Source: Octopus sinensis (taxonomy: Eukaryota). From it: a stretch of DNA of 64,000 nt. Both the position numbers and the translations under genes were made by a program. The notes beneath the pieces are model-generated. The model was not told the origin of the DNA. It ran no database searches and saw only the letters and a list, made by a program, of their open reading frames with translations. Positions 1-13,963 of the stretch are shown piece after piece (position 1 is the first letter of the stretch; each line of letters opens with the position of its first letter). The stretch covers positions 171,058,001 to 171,122,000 of the forward strand of contig NC_042998.1 of NCBI RefSeq assembly GCF_006345805.1, written 5' to 3'.

Positions 1-399
1 GTGTGTGTGTATGTGTGAGTGTGAGTGTATGTGTCATTGTGGTTGAACTGTATTTGTCCCAATCATCATTTGCCAGTCAGTGTTGCTTTGTTTACATCTC
101 TGTAATGTAGCAGTTAGGCAAAAAGGGACCAATAGAATAAGGACAAGACTTTAAAAAAATATCTACTGGGCTTGATTTGTTCAACTAAACCTTTCAAGAT
201 GGTGCTCCCTTATGACTGTAGTTCAGCAACTGAAACAAATAAAAGGTAAAAGATAAAAGATAATATCCATGTTATAATATCCACTTGTCCAAGGTGCCAC
301 TGTGTGGCACTTTGGGCAAGTGTCTTTTACTATAGCCTTGGGCCAACAAAAGCCTTGTGAGTGGATTTGGTAGGTGGAAGCCAAAAGAAGCCCGTCATG

Positions 400-446
<47 letters not shown>

Positions 447-1536
447 ATTTATGTGTGTGTGAGGCTGTGTTTGTCTCCTCACCATTGTTTGACAACCAAT
501 GCTGGTATGTTTATGTCCCCGTAACTTAATGGTTCAGCCAAAGAGACTGATAGAATAAGTACTAGGCTTACAAAGAATAAGTCCTGGGGTTGATTTTTTT
601 CTAAAACCCTTTAAGGCGGTGCTCCAGCATGGCCACAGTCAAATGACTGAATCAAGTATAAGAGTAAAAGAATACTGGTGAAAGAATGTATTGGGGCAAC
701 AAGGAGTAGAGGCATAACTGTGTAGTTAAGAAATTTGTTTCACAGCCACATGCTTCCAAGCTGGATCTTCCTGCATGTCACCATGGGCAAATGTTTTCCT
801 TCATAGCCTCAGGTTGACTTTGTGAGTAGAATTTAGTAAACTGTGTGGAAGGACCTTGGTAAATTGGCAGAACTGTTAGAGAAAGTTTATTAAGTATAAC
901 AAACAAAAGTCATAACAAGTTAATATAAGCTTGAATGCAATTCAGGTGTGTTGGATTAGTTGTCCTTGATATCAATCCTTATGATACAACTTGCTGAAAA
1001 TTCCTTAAGATCCAAATTGGTAACTCATCATCATTATCATCATCATCGTTTCAACATCCACTTTTCCATGCTTGCATGGGTTAGATGGGAGCTTATTGAG
1101 GCAGATGCCCTCCCTGTCACCAATCCTCACCTGTTTCCAAGCAAGGTAATATTTACCCCATGACCTGACCTGTCCTCATAGAATATTGGAATTGAATGAC
1201 ACTGCTTGTATGACAGTGACAATTATTTTACAACTATCATGTGATGTCACAATAAGGGAACACACACACACACACACACACGATAGGCAGGATTGAACCC
1301 AGAACTATGTGGTTGGGAAACAAACTTCTTGCCACACAGTCATGCCTGGCCTGATCTAACAAGCCCCAAATATTTATCCAATGTGTCCTTTCAGTTTTTC
1401 TAAGACAATAGGATGTGATATGACAAAGATTTGGTTGCTCTTTCTAACAGATCTACTGATCATGTAATGATTCCTCATTGGCTTGTGAAATGATGATGTT
1501 GATGTTTATCTTGTACATATGTTTGTGTTTTTTTAG

Positions 1537-1650
1537 CTTGTGATGATGGTGCTATTTGCCGAAATGTTGGCAGTCATTGGACCAAAAACTGTATTGACTA
1601 TACTTGTGTAAATCACAATGGAAAATTAATTGTGAAGAAAGTTACATTAC
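1537..1650 (+). CDS. Paralog A module-2 exon (114 nt, phase 1-1)
   Basis: ttttttag|CTTGTGAT...ACATTAC|gtaagt; 24/37 aa identical to exon 25370-25483. Confidence 0.9.
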
Positions 1651-1977
1651 GTAAGTGGATATACTTTTTCAATTCAAATTCTTTCATTACCAATATATTT
1701 CTGGCACACAGAACTCACTAGCAATAGTAACCTTGGTTGTCTATAAGGATAGACATGGTGGTCTTGGACAAGAAATTCACTTTGCAACCACTTGGTTTTG
1801 GATTCAGTCCAACTGTGTGGCACCTTCGACAAATGTCTTCTATAGCTTCAGGCCAACCAATATCTTGTAAGTGAATTTGCAAGATGGTAACTGTGTGGAA
1901 GCTCATCATGTATATCTATCTATCTGTCTGTCTATGTGTTTAATTGTCTGCCTGTCTACCTGCCTGTGTGTGTCTCC

Positions 1978-2059
<82 letters not shown>

Positions 2060-2064
2060 GTCTG

Positions 2065-2135
<71 letters not shown>

Positions 2136-2142
2136 GTCTGCC

Positions 2143-2186
<44 letters not shown>

Positions 2187-5100
2187 CGTCCGTCTGTCTG
2201 TCTGTCTGTCTGCCTGCTTGCCCGTCTGTCTGTCTGTCTATCTACCTATCTATTTTGCATCATTTTGTGTTTGTATTTGTCTCCAACTACTGCTTGACAA
2301 CTGGGAGCAGAATCAGCACATATTACATCCCCTGCTTTCCAGTCACATCTTTCTTGAAGCCACTTCCACTTCTCCTCATCCCTACCCACACTATTCTTAT
2401 CAATCACCTCCTTTCCATGCCTTCAGCCTCTGTTCCTTCCCCTCTGCTACACACCATTCTTAACACATCTCTTATCTGCTATCATTTCTTTATAACTTCA
2501 CATTTCTATCATCACACCCCACTTACTATAGCTCTTCCTTTTCCACTGCTCCTAAACCTTACTCATCATTCCACTACTCTCAGATGTATTCTCCTTCCTA
2601 AGCCACACTCCCTTGTTTACAATAGTCACCGTACACCAGAAATGGCGGTTTTTCTGAACCTTTCTCTAGAAGCCCCATTACTCCATATTTCTCTATAAGT
2701 GAAAAATCTAAAGAGTGTAGAATTATCTGTGGAACATAAGTGATGTATTTGCTGAGCATGAACGAAATTGGATGAAGAATATTGATTTTACATGGGATCA
2801 ACCTAATGGTCAGTCACATATATACACACACACTCACATCTTCCATCTTATATATTATAGATAAAAACACACATACTCGTATATCAGGATGTCCCTCCAC
2901 AAAAATGTTTTCATACTTTGACAGTTTATAAAGTCAGTATTTATTAAGATACATTTCATTTTAAATTTAATCGAATTTACAGACAAAATTAAAATTTTTA
3001 TGAATGTCTATTTTCAAACTGATGACTGTTCTGGTCCAGGCACTGCTGATGACATGAAATAAGAAAATTGCAAACTTCAAGAAACATTTTGTTTGATATT
3101 TTATGTGTATTCTCATTCAATGGTAACCCTCAATTTGTCAACTGTCATTGGTTTCGTATTGTAAACTTAATCTTTTAATATGCCCTTTAAGAGTCTTGTG
3201 GTGAGAGGTCTAGAGAACACACAGAGTATTCTACTGAACTTCTTCCTCCAGTCTGCCTGTTTGACAAAAATCTCATCATAGTAGGCGCTAACGCTATTAT
3301 GGTAGTATGAAGGTGCCCCATCTTGCTGGAAATTAAACTTCACATTCTCAAAGCCATTTTCAATGCTTGGCATGATAGATTAAAATGGCAAGTTCAAGTA
3401 ACTGGAACTGGTCATCCATTTGTGTCTATTCACCAGGGTAGGAGAGTGCTGAAAACTTATAAACAGTGCTCTCAAGTAATTGAAATACAATTAATGGAAT
3501 ATATACTTTAGATCAGTAGATCACCTTTGGCGATATGCTGTGCTTGAGAAGATGCATCAAGCCAAATAAAATTGTTGTTGTGGCTGATGTTGGTGTCACA
3601 TAACTGGCACCTGTGCTGGTGGCACATAAGAAACACATTTCGACTGTTGGGCCTCACAGAAGCAATGTGGTTGATGTCAGTGTTGCATAACTAGCACCTG
3701 TGCTAGTGGCATCTGAAAAGCACCTTTCCATCTTTGGGTTTCATGGAGGCAATGACAAATGACCATGACCTTTGGCAATATGCTGTATTTCAGTAGAAGA
3801 CCCATCAAGCCAAGTGAAATCATAATCATGGCAGATACTGGTGTCATGCAACTGGTATCTGTGCTGGTGGCATGTAAAAGCACCCATTACACTCTTGGAG
3901 TGGTTTGCATCAAGAAGGGCATCCAGCCATAGAAACCATGCTAAATCAGATGAGTCTGCTGCAGCCCCTCCGCTTACCAGCCCTGGTCAAAGCATCCAAC
4001 CCTTGCCAGCATGGACAATGGATGTTAAAGGCTGCTGCTGCTGATCAATGGGTTTCAACTGGGCCCCATATGGCCTCAGGATATCCATAAAAGATTTGGT
4101 GGGGGGGGGACACACACAAGTGGAATAGTAATTTGGAGATCCACAGTATTATTTTAAGGGTCCATGAAAATATTTTGCTATAGATGTGTTTATTGCAAGA
4201 AGCAGCTAGGTTTCTTTCTCTAACACTTAACATAGTCCAACATGTTTTTTACTAATTTATGCAAGTGAATGTAGGAAAAACAAAATAGGAATTTTGAAAG
4301 AAGTATCTATAAAACTAGGTTTTTAAAACATTGAATGGTTATGGGGCTGCACCAGAATAAAATAGTAATTGAAGAGGTCCATAGATACAAAATGGCTGAG
4401 AACCCCTGATTTAGATATATATCTTTGAAATATTTCAGGTTGCAAAAGTCATCACCATAAATGCCACAAAGTAGGATCACACTGGAATGAGACAATCCAT
4501 GGAAACTGTTTCACCCGTAAATGCGTCAAGAAAAACCATTTGCCTGAAATTGTTAAAGTGTCCAGTAAGTATCTTTTATCTTTTATCTTTTTCTTGTTTC
4601 AGTTATTTGACTGTTGCCATACTGGGATACAGCCTTGAAGGGTTTTAGTCAAATGAATCAAACCCTGTACTTATTCTATTGGTCTCTTTTGCCAAATGAC
4701 TAAGTTACTGGAACATAAAGAAATCAACATTGGTCGTCAAGTGATAGTGAGGAACAATCACAAACACATAGATATAAATACACACACACACGCACACACA
4801 CACACACACACCACACACACACACATTGTATATATGACAGACTTCTTTCAGTTTCCATGCATCAAATCCACTCACAAGGCTTTATAGTCAGCCTGGGGCT
4901 ATTAGAAGGTACTTACCCAAGGTACTATGTGATGAGACTGAACCCAGACTGATGTGGTTGGGAAGCAAACTTTTTATCACACATGCCTGTGCCTTATATT
5001 AGAGTATATTATAAATATTTCATTACATTATGTTATAGAATTTATTCTAAAGAATATATATTAAATAAATATTACTGAAGAACGTTCTTTTGTTCATTCA

Positions 5101-7716
5101 GGAGATTTTACTGCTATTTTTAGTAGATCAAATTACTATGCAGAAGCTCTCTCACTGAGTCATTGAAAATTGCTTGAAAAACACAGGTAGCGTAATCAAG
5201 TAAGAATATAGTCACGAAAGGATTAACTAACACAATCTCTGACAATCAGAGGGTAAATAATTTTAGAGAGTATCAATACTGTAGGGCAATATCTTCATCT
5301 TAATTTTGTAGAAAAAAGAAATTTGCATTAGAACTAATAATGATAACAGCATACATACATACATACATACATACATACATACATACATACATACATACAT
5401 ACATACATACATACATACATACATACATACATACTGACACATGATATATTAAGATATGTGTGTGTGTATATATATATATTAACTTTCACTATCTCTGACA
5501 ACAAGAGAGTAGACCTCCACCACCATCACCACCACCAACTCCTCCAGTTGGTGGGGCTAATATTTCCAGAAATTATAGGCTGTCCTACTTCTTCTTGCAA
5601 GTACTGTGACCATTCATTGCTTCCAGGTATGTTATTTATAAGAACTCGACTTATCACACAAATAATACGATAAACATATTTATACTGGATTTAGTTAGGA
5701 TAGTGAACAACATATCCCTCTTGTGCAACCCCTGTGAAATATTATAAAGACATGAACAGGTCTTTATGCACCACATGCAGTTCTCTGGCTACAACCAGAG
5801 AGATGGTGTCAGAATGTACAGGGTGGCAGTTAGGAAGAATTTCGATGATATCATGGGTAAGGATGCCAGTGGAACATACCCTAGATACCAAGGCAATCAT
5901 TGGAACAGAATACAGAGAATTACTGATAATGCAAATGGAATAAACAAGTGATATAACACAGAGATATTTCAAGGGGTAATGGTTTGTAGAGGCCACACCA
6001 TATGGGGAGTTGGCCCTTAGGTTCAAGAAGGCTATGAAGGTAGCTAAACTCAACATTTAAAGTTGTATAAAACCTGGGAAATTGAAATCATAGTAATGTA
6101 AGACATACCCCTTTGATAAGACCACATATACTGATAGGAACTGTATTGTATGTACTTTTAATCCTAGTATTAACTGTGTATATATATATATTTCCTAAAT
6201 TTAATTGTTTAATTGTTACAGTTGAAAAAGTCTCAATGACTGAAACCAGTACTGAAATGTTTTTTTATAAAATTATTTTAGCATTTTCTATCTTGACTTT
6301 TTTTCCCCTATATATATATGTGTGTGTGTATGTGTGTGTAATACTTCACTTTATATAATAAATATAAAAAGGTTAAATAGTCATTTTGTGTGTGTTTGTG
6401 TGTGTGGCAATGTTGTAACATGTGGCAACAGAGTAAAATGATGGCAGAAAATTTCATTGCTACTATGGGAAATTACTGCTCTGCTTTACAAGTTTTCATT
6501 TTATGAGCAATCTCTGGGAGCAAATTCACACATATATTGAGTCATTACTGTATATATATATATATATATATATATGTTAATAAAATAGAACATATGCATA
6601 TATATAAACATATATGTACGTACCTACCTCTACATGTACATATACACGCATATATGTGTACAGGACACCAAAAAGACGTCGAACACATAGAGAGACGAAA
6701 CACATAGACACAAACCAAGGAACAAGACAAGCAAAAAAAGAGAGATACAGGACAATAAGCACAACGAAAAATCCCCTTCTTCAGTCGCTAAGGTTTCATC
6801 TACTAAACGTTTCGAAGGATAAAAGCGAGACGTATACTTCGAAGAAAACTTCCTTCCCGCGAAAAGCAAATCAATTAAAATTCTGAGATCTTTTCGCAGA
6901 GGGGTAAAAAAAAAAAAGCAAGACGGTAACGACAGTACAAACATATAAACAGTAAAAATATATATATAAACAGTGGAAAAATAAAAATATAACAGTGAGA
7001 GACAGGACAAGGAGAACAAGATAAGAGGGCTGTTAACGCCAGACGAAAAAAGTATTGCAAACGCTGGATTATCGTGGAAGACGAGAGAGAGAAAATGTGT
7101 CGACCAGTAGCCTTAGAAGGCGGGCGAGAAAGGACAGGATAGCAGTTACGACGGAAGTATCGTCGCAGATGGACGACGGGAATGGGGGAGGAGGAGCAAG
7201 AGGAAGAGAGAGAAGAAGGGGAATGGTGCGAGGAGACCATGAAGAATGGTGAAAGGGAGAGAGAGAATGAAGAATGAGAGAGAGAGGAAGAGACAAGTTA
7301 AGTGAGGGAAAAAAAGACGAAAAGGGGATGGGAGAGAAGAAAGAAAGATGCAGAGTCGCGTGAGAGTTAATATCAAGGCTAACTTGATAACAGAACAATC
7401 TTACTTAATAGGGTGCGTGCGTTTAGTCGTATAATATGTTAATAAAATAGAACATATGCATATATATAAACATATATGTACGTACCTACCTCTACATGTA
7501 CATATACACGCATATATGTGTACAGGACAACCAAAAAGACGTCGAACACATAGAGAGACGAAACACATAGACACAACCAAGGAACAAGACAAGCAAAAAA
7601 AGAGAGATACAGGACAATAAGCACAACGAAAAATCCCCTTCTTCAGTCGCTAAGGTTTCATCTACTAAACGTTTCGAAGGATAACTACAGAGAGAGAGAG
7701 AGAGTAGAGGAGAGAG

Positions 7717-7760
<44 letters not shown>

Positions 7761-8379
7761 GAGAGAGAGAGAGAGAGGAGAGTAGAGAGAGCTAGAGAGA
7801 GAGAGAAAGAGCATACAGCTTCTTAGAGGAAAGTTTTGCAAAATTATTACAAACGTAATTTAAATAGTGGTACAAGATTAACAGCTGTACCAACAAAGTA
7901 TAATTATATTTCGATTTGTTGGGAAAAGAAGTCTCATGAATAAATAATGGGGTCTTTGATAGTTTAAAATGCAAATCAAGCTAATTAATTTCATCTTTCA
8001 TTAAAAGCACATCAGATATTTCTTACCTTGCTTTTGCAAGTACCAGTCATAAAGTGGGAAATTTAATCAACTACATTTTCTATATAAGTTTTTTTGACCT
8101 TATGCCTATTAACATTATATTTCACACCTGAGTTATTAATTATTTTTTAAGGTATGATGAATATTTTAAAGTATGAAGACTTGTGATATCAATTCTTTTA
8201 GTCTGTACCTCAACTCATTAGACAAGGGGTTGCTGAATTACTTTTCACAGCAACCTTTTTTTATTTCAATAGTTTCTAAATTTTATGTTCATTTTGTCAA
8301 CAAAACCCTTTGATTATATTTAAGCTTATATATTTCCTCACACTTATTGTGTTTTTATAAATTTCTTTCAGAATGTTAA
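1537..8379 (+). CDS. Cys-rich protein, paralog A (5' part lies upstream of the window); exons 1537-1650, 4439-4564, 8372-8379
   Basis: Canonical AG/GT sites, all phase 1. Translation ..ACDDGAICRNVGSHWTKNCIDYTCVNHNGKLIVKKVTL R CKSHHHKCHKVGSHWNETIHGNCFTRKCVKKNHLPEIVKVS KC*. Exon lengths 114/126/8 match paralog B exactly. AATAAA at ~8422. Confidence 0.88.
1980..2250. repeat. Compound (TATC)n/(TGTC)n microsatellite
   Basis: Direct reading; explains the LSIY ORFs. Confidence 0.95.
2883..3505 (-). mobile_element. Degraded Tc1/mariner transposon
   Basis: FQQDGAPSYYHNSV...W transposase motif; cag(g/a)tgtccc-like terminus. Confidence 0.7.
4044..4409. mobile_element. hAT-like MITE
   Basis: Ends ca.tgggtttcaact / ggctgagaacccctg; internal sequence shared with 45333-46480. 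Confidence 0.55.
4439..4564 (+). CDS. Paralog A module-3 exon (126 nt, phase 1-1)
   Basis: tatttcag|GTTGCAAA...GTGTCCA|gtaagt; 21/41 aa identical to exon 28213-28338. Confidence 0.9.
5349..5433. repeat. (ATAC)n microsatellite
   Basis: Direct reading. Confidence 0.95.
5700..6290 (+). mobile_element. Degraded Penelope-like retroelement
   Basis: Frameshifted remnants MQFSGYNQRD...DASGTYPRYQ..WNR and FVEATPYGELALRFKKA...LNI.VV.KPG resemble the Penelope-like RT-to-GIY-YIG linker; degenerate hammerhead-like core at ~6225-6255. Confidence 0.55.
6572..7684. mobile_element. Young element bounded by ~251-bp near-identical direct repeats (6572-6822 and 7434-7684)
   Basis: Repeats differ only by a couple of 1-nt indels; flanked by (TA)n and (GA)n; CpG-rich; no credible ORF. 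Confidence 0.7.
7688..7810. repeat. (GA)n microsatellite
   Basis: Direct reading. Confidence 0.95.
8372..8379 (+). CDS. Paralog A terminal exon, coding part (K-C-stop)
   Basis: atttctttcag|AA TGT TAA, followed by AATAAA ~45 nt later; mirrors AT TGT TAG at 28791. Confidence 0.75.
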
Positions 8380-8729
8380 CAACATCGCAGCTATATTCTG
8401 ATGGAACATTATCTTTTTGAAAATAAAATTTGAATCAATCAATGTGAACAAAGTGTTTTGTCGAAACTTAATATTTCAACTGACTCATACTGTATTAAAT
8501 GTTAATAACATTTATGTTTGCATAAACATGAAAGAATGAAACTAAGAAGACTTGATTGGCTGTGAAATTGTATCAGGTGTTTTAATAATATATAATATTA
8601 ATGAAATTATTGTATATAGTGCTCAGGTGCACCACAACATAGTAATGACAAGATATCCATGTAGTTAAGATTGATGGGTTTATCTATATAGTAGCTGGAT
8701 TTAGATGGTTTAAATGCTAAATAAAATAT

Positions 8730-9115
8730 ATAATAATAATGAAATTATTGTATACAGTGCTCAGGTGCACCACAACTTTTCAAAAGTGTGTATACAGCAT
8801 ATGCAGTAATGTACAAATGTCTGGAAAGTGAACAGTGTATGAGTCAGATACATGCTTGCGTGTTTATGGAGGGGAGAAAATCAGGTGTAGTGTTGGCGAA
8901 TCTCAGGAAGCATGGAAGTTTTGAAGGATGCAGTGCTTCGACAACTAACAACTGATGCCGGCAGTTTGTTCCATGCTTCAGCAACTCTTAGCTTGAAAAA
9001 TTGCTTCTGAAAGCATTTTGTAAACATGTCCATGGGTGTTAGACAGGTGGAGTTTGAAATGGGTGCTCAGAGTTATTGTTTGTAAGATGGTTAATAATTT
9101 TGTGGGTGTCTGCCA
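8730..9115 (-). mobile_element. CR1-clade LINE 3' fragment (a shorter stub also at ~8595-8640)
   Basis: Reverse complement of the 3' end at 14070-14478. Confidence 0.85.
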
Positions 9116-12100
9116 TCAATTTAAAAAATGATCTGTAAGTATATGTATTGAGTGTCATACTCAAGTGAACAGTCTGAAGTGATATGGAAGTTTGATGGGA
9201 AGAGATTGTTAGAGAAACTAATTAGAGAAATGTGATTGATAATGAAAAAACTTGGAATGATATAGACAGGTTATTTATAGAGCATTAGAACAGACAAAAG
9301 AAATAATTATTTATCTCATTGGCTCATTGGAATAGCCTGTTGACAAAACCTGGTGGTAAAGGGAAAGGTAAGTTGATCAAAGTGAAATTTGAAATCTGAA
9401 TATAGAGACACAAACAGAACCTTGTGTATTTTAAATTAATTAAAATAAAAATACATGAAGAACTAAGATGATTGGTGATATGTGATACTCAAGTAGACCC
9501 ACCAGTCATGGTAAAACCGAGATTCTGGAAGTACAATGTATATATATGCACATCTCACCCAATTTCCTTCTTAAACCACCCCCACTACCCATTATCTCTC
9601 TAGTGTTATTCCTTCCATCACCTGCCTAACTGCAGTATTCTGTGGCAGTAATTAAATGTGAGCAGAATTGCATATTTCATCTTTCTTTCTGATACCACTT
9701 ATTTTTCTCGTTATCCAGAACCATTTCAGTTGATATCTACCCATCATTCTTAATACAATTTTGCTCCACCCACATTTTACATTGATCACCCTTCTGTACC
9801 ACAAATTATTTTGCTTTCCCCACCACTATACATCTTTCACTCTCCCCATACACTATGTTTATCTTTCTTCTCACACTCTTGCAATCCACCCAGATATCAT
9901 CTCCCTCTCATTCTTCTTTGTCTATTGTATCATTATTACCATTCTGCTACCCTTCACCTCTTTCTGTACTGTCAATCAGCATCTACTCTCTGCTACCTCC
10001 CTCCAACTCATATGTATCATTTATCATTTATCATTTATCATTTATTTTTCTATACTTTCTCTCCAATGTATATTCATCATTTATCCCTCAATACTTGCTC
10101 TTTATTCATTATATTCAGCCCCTCATTCATTCTTGGTCCTGCAAGCTGCATGGTGACCTCACTAGAGCTGGTGCCATAAAAAAGACCACTGAGTACACTT
10201 TGTAAAGTGGTTGGCATTAGAAAAGGCTCCCAGCTATTGAAATCATGTCAAAGCAATATTGGAGTATGATGCAATCCTTGGATGCATTGGATCCTGTCAA
10301 ACCCATACCAGCATAGAAGTTTGATGCAAAATGATGATGATGATGATGGTTGTTGTTGTTGTTGTGGTGGTGGTGGTGGTGGTGGTGGTGCTACTGCTGC
10401 TGCTGCTGGTGGCGGTATGACACAGGGGGTTGTTGCTGATAGTATTTGTATCTGATTGAAAGTATAAAGTAATAAAAGTAATATCCTCTCAATTCAGTGG
10501 GTCATTGGAAACCTGGTAAAACTTCCATCCTGTGATTTAAGGGACGGTGGATTGAAGAATTTTCCTATTTCTTTTTCTCAAGCATATAGAGGTATTTGAG
10601 ATAAATTCTATGAAACAGGTTGATTAATGAGTATTTGTAACATTAAACTGTACTTTACATTCACATTTACAGTTGAATGTCTATAAATAATTAGTTTTGT
10701 AATTAGGTAGAGTGGACTATAGTTGAGTGTACATGTCAGGAACAGGGCAACAAAGATTGGTGGGGTATGAACTATTAATTATTCACTTCTTAGACTAACA
10801 TCCTTTTGGCTGGCTGCAAATCTATTTAAAATCCAAACAAAAAAAGTTAATACAAGGATTTGATAAGTATTGAGAACATACTAGCATACCAGCTGTTACT
10901 TGTCACCTATTTTATAGATAAATCATTAAAATTGTTTCTATAATTTGAAATACAAAAATCAATCAGAAGAAATAGTAAACAGAAATACAGAGTTGTACTG
11001 AACCAACTTCCATGAATTTACTTCCTGTTTTTACAAATGAGGGAACTTCCACACGGTTATTCAACCTGCTAAAATTAGTGACTAAATCTCTCTCTGACCA
11101 CATTCTATCATCTAAAAAGACAAAGGACACACTGGACAATGCAATCTTTTATTTACAAAATGATGAAATGTTTAAACCTGAATGTGTTTGATCATTGGTG
11201 TACTTGATTAGAGCTGATCTGCAGTTAAAGTACAACTCACAAAAAATTATTTTCTTTTTAATATTTCATCAGGGATTGTCAATGGGTTGGAAGATTAAGA
11301 AAAGACAAAAAGCTTTGTGGTATTTATTTAAGTACATTTTATACATCATGAGTTGAGATCCCATGAAAGTGGAACTTAATATTTCACCCTCCAAGAGATC
11401 AATTATATAAGTATCAATTATGTAATGGAGTTGATATATAATTTTCAACTATACAGCTTTCATAAAATTTGTGGGTTTTTTTGTTTGTGTTAGAAAATGT
11501 TATTTTATCTGAGAAGTGGAGTGGTACCTTGTTACCAATATCTATTGGGAAGATTTTATGGAGTTGATCAACCTGCTCAAAAGAGCAGCCAAATTTCTTT
11601 CATTAAATTTTATTCTAATTGGTGATGTTAGAATCTGAAGGAAGACAAGAGAAAAGAGAGAGCTACAGTGTATAAGATTGAAAAGAGATATTTTTAAAGT
11701 TGGAGTCTGGACACACAGTTTTATATGCTTTAAATATACAATGCATCTAATTTTTGTCTGAATATATGATCAAGACTTTCACACAGCATTGACTCCTCTC
11801 CCTATTTATATATGGCAATGAAAGTTCATTATGAATGGGTAGTTACAGTTATTCTCCTATGGAGTTCTCTGATATGGTCTATAGAGAAGCTTTATATCTT
11901 TCATCAAACTTTCAATGATCTTTCAGTGGGGACAACATGTTTCAAGTGCTAAATGTGGTTTCCTTATGCACGATATACAATATATAACAGCAGATAAATA
12001 TTAGGACAGAAGAGGTATAAACATAGAAATCACAAAGACAAGGATTGAAGGAAACAATAAACATATAAATGTAAACTTTAAAATATATTTAAAAATATAC

Positions 12101-12429
12101 ATATGTAAATAAAATAGGGGCCAAAGTTCCTCCAAATCAAAGTAAAAGCATGTTTGCAATTACTCAGACAAGATCTTACTATTCCAAAACCTTGATTACC
12201 TTCTGGGGACAACATACTTCCAATTCTGCTAACAATAGCCTAACCCAATAATGATTTCTAACATAAGCAAAAGGCCAAGAATTTGGCAGGAAGATAACAG
12301 TAAATTTCTAGTACTTAGTTTATGAACCTCAAAAGGATGGAAGCCCATTTCACTTTCCAAGTGTATATTTTAACAAACTCACTGGCTACTCATAACACCA
12401 GCACCTGTTCTGGCATTATTATTCTATAT

Positions 12430-12655
12430 ATCACTGGTGAGGACAGATCACTGCTACCTCTAGCAGTTGAGCATCCATCATTGACAAGACCAAGGAAGAT
12501 TGAAATCACGTGATCTGGTAATCTTGGCTCTGGAAGTGGCACACCACTGGTTGTGATGATGAGGGTTCCAGTTGATCCAATCGACAGAAACACCTGCTCA
12601 TGAAATTAACATGCAAGTGGTTGAGCACTCCACAGACACACTTAATGTAGTTCTA
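12430..12655 (+). mobile_element. Fragment of a third SINE-like family
   Basis: gatccaatcgacagaaacacctgctcatgaaattaacatgcaagtggttgagcactccacagacac; a possibly related 3' piece lies on the minus strand at ~24083-24155. Confidence 0.45.
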
Positions 12656-13963
12656 ACAAAGTCTTTAACTGTAACTGCTATAGGAAAGCTCTACATAAAC
12701 TACCCACTTTTCAGCTACATTCATATTCTGTCTTTTGGTCTGGATATTTCCAGTTAGACTTTATTACAACCCATGTACTGTTAACAAACTGTGCCTCGGG
12801 GCTAAATTATGTTCTTCACACTCTTTCTTCTAAATATTCCTTGATTAGTGTCTATGATTACAAGTAACAACAATCCTGCTGTAACTGTTAACCACATACC
12901 CCTCTGCCGATATCTTCCATCAGACACTCATTACATCAATGAATAAAGATATAAATAACCTGAGGTGTGACTTGTCTTATCCAACAGTACCAATACATAG
13001 TTACAACTCAAATCAAGATAGGACAGCCATACCAATACAGATACTCATTTGTGTACTTTTTAGATGGTGAAGTATTCAGAAATTTTAGTTGTATGAACAA
13101 CAAGTGATTAAAACCTTCATACTCCTTTCAAATGATCAGGCCTTTTAGCTCTAACATTTTTTCATAGTTATCCCCAGTGAAGGTATATTGCCAAGTATTT
13201 AAGGCATTGGGTTCACAGTGTGTTTTTGAGCAAGGTACCCTTGAGTATTGTGTCTTCATTTCATATTGCTCCAGTTTACTCAACAGAAAACGAATTCTAG
13301 CCTGGTGATGGGTCAAACCTTTCTCCCTCAGACTGTCACATCCTTGCTGTTCCCATGGGTCAAAGGGGCAGTGGGTAGAGAGATCATTTATGTATGCTTG
13401 CAACTATATAGGCACATAAATCACTTAACAATGGTATAGTACATCTACCCAAAACTGCATCCCAACAGATATTTTGGTTCTGACCTTTATGCTGATCCTT
13501 TACTACACCATAAGAATACTCTGCAGTAGGTTACTTCTTACATATCTAGGATAGTGCAGCAACAATGCACATAAACATAAAGCATATCCAATTGATGGAG
13601 AAGCCTTAATTTACCAACATGTTTCTTACCAACATGTCATACATCAATAATGTTACACCCATTAACTCAACAATACATTTTAGCCACTGTTCCTTCATTA
13701 GCACAAAACCAAAAATAAGAGGCTTGGTTTATTGTTTTAATCTATGACTTAACTAAACTGTGCTAGGAAGCTGTATGTAACACACATATCTGAGATAGAT
13801 ATTAAAGTGTTTGTGAAGCATGTCTTCTTTGTGCTTCAAAAGAATTTCATCAATTCTACAACTGTAAACTTGTTCATCTAGAACTTCTGAAAAAATGGGA
13901 AAATATCTCAGCTGCTTATGTTTAAAATTAATTTCTGAGTATTGTTTCTTCTCTCTGATTCTA

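Noticed and set aside
1871-2698. 275-aa ORF and overlapping ORFs
   Set aside because: Translation of the (TATC)n/(TGTC)n microsatellite and pyrimidine-rich low-complexity DNA
5570-5626. Possible extra Cys-rich exon (IIGCPTSSCKYCDHSLLP|gtatgt) in paralog A
   Set aside because: Lacks the GxxW module, has no counterpart in paralog B, and adjoins the Penelope-like remnant; the A model closes well without it
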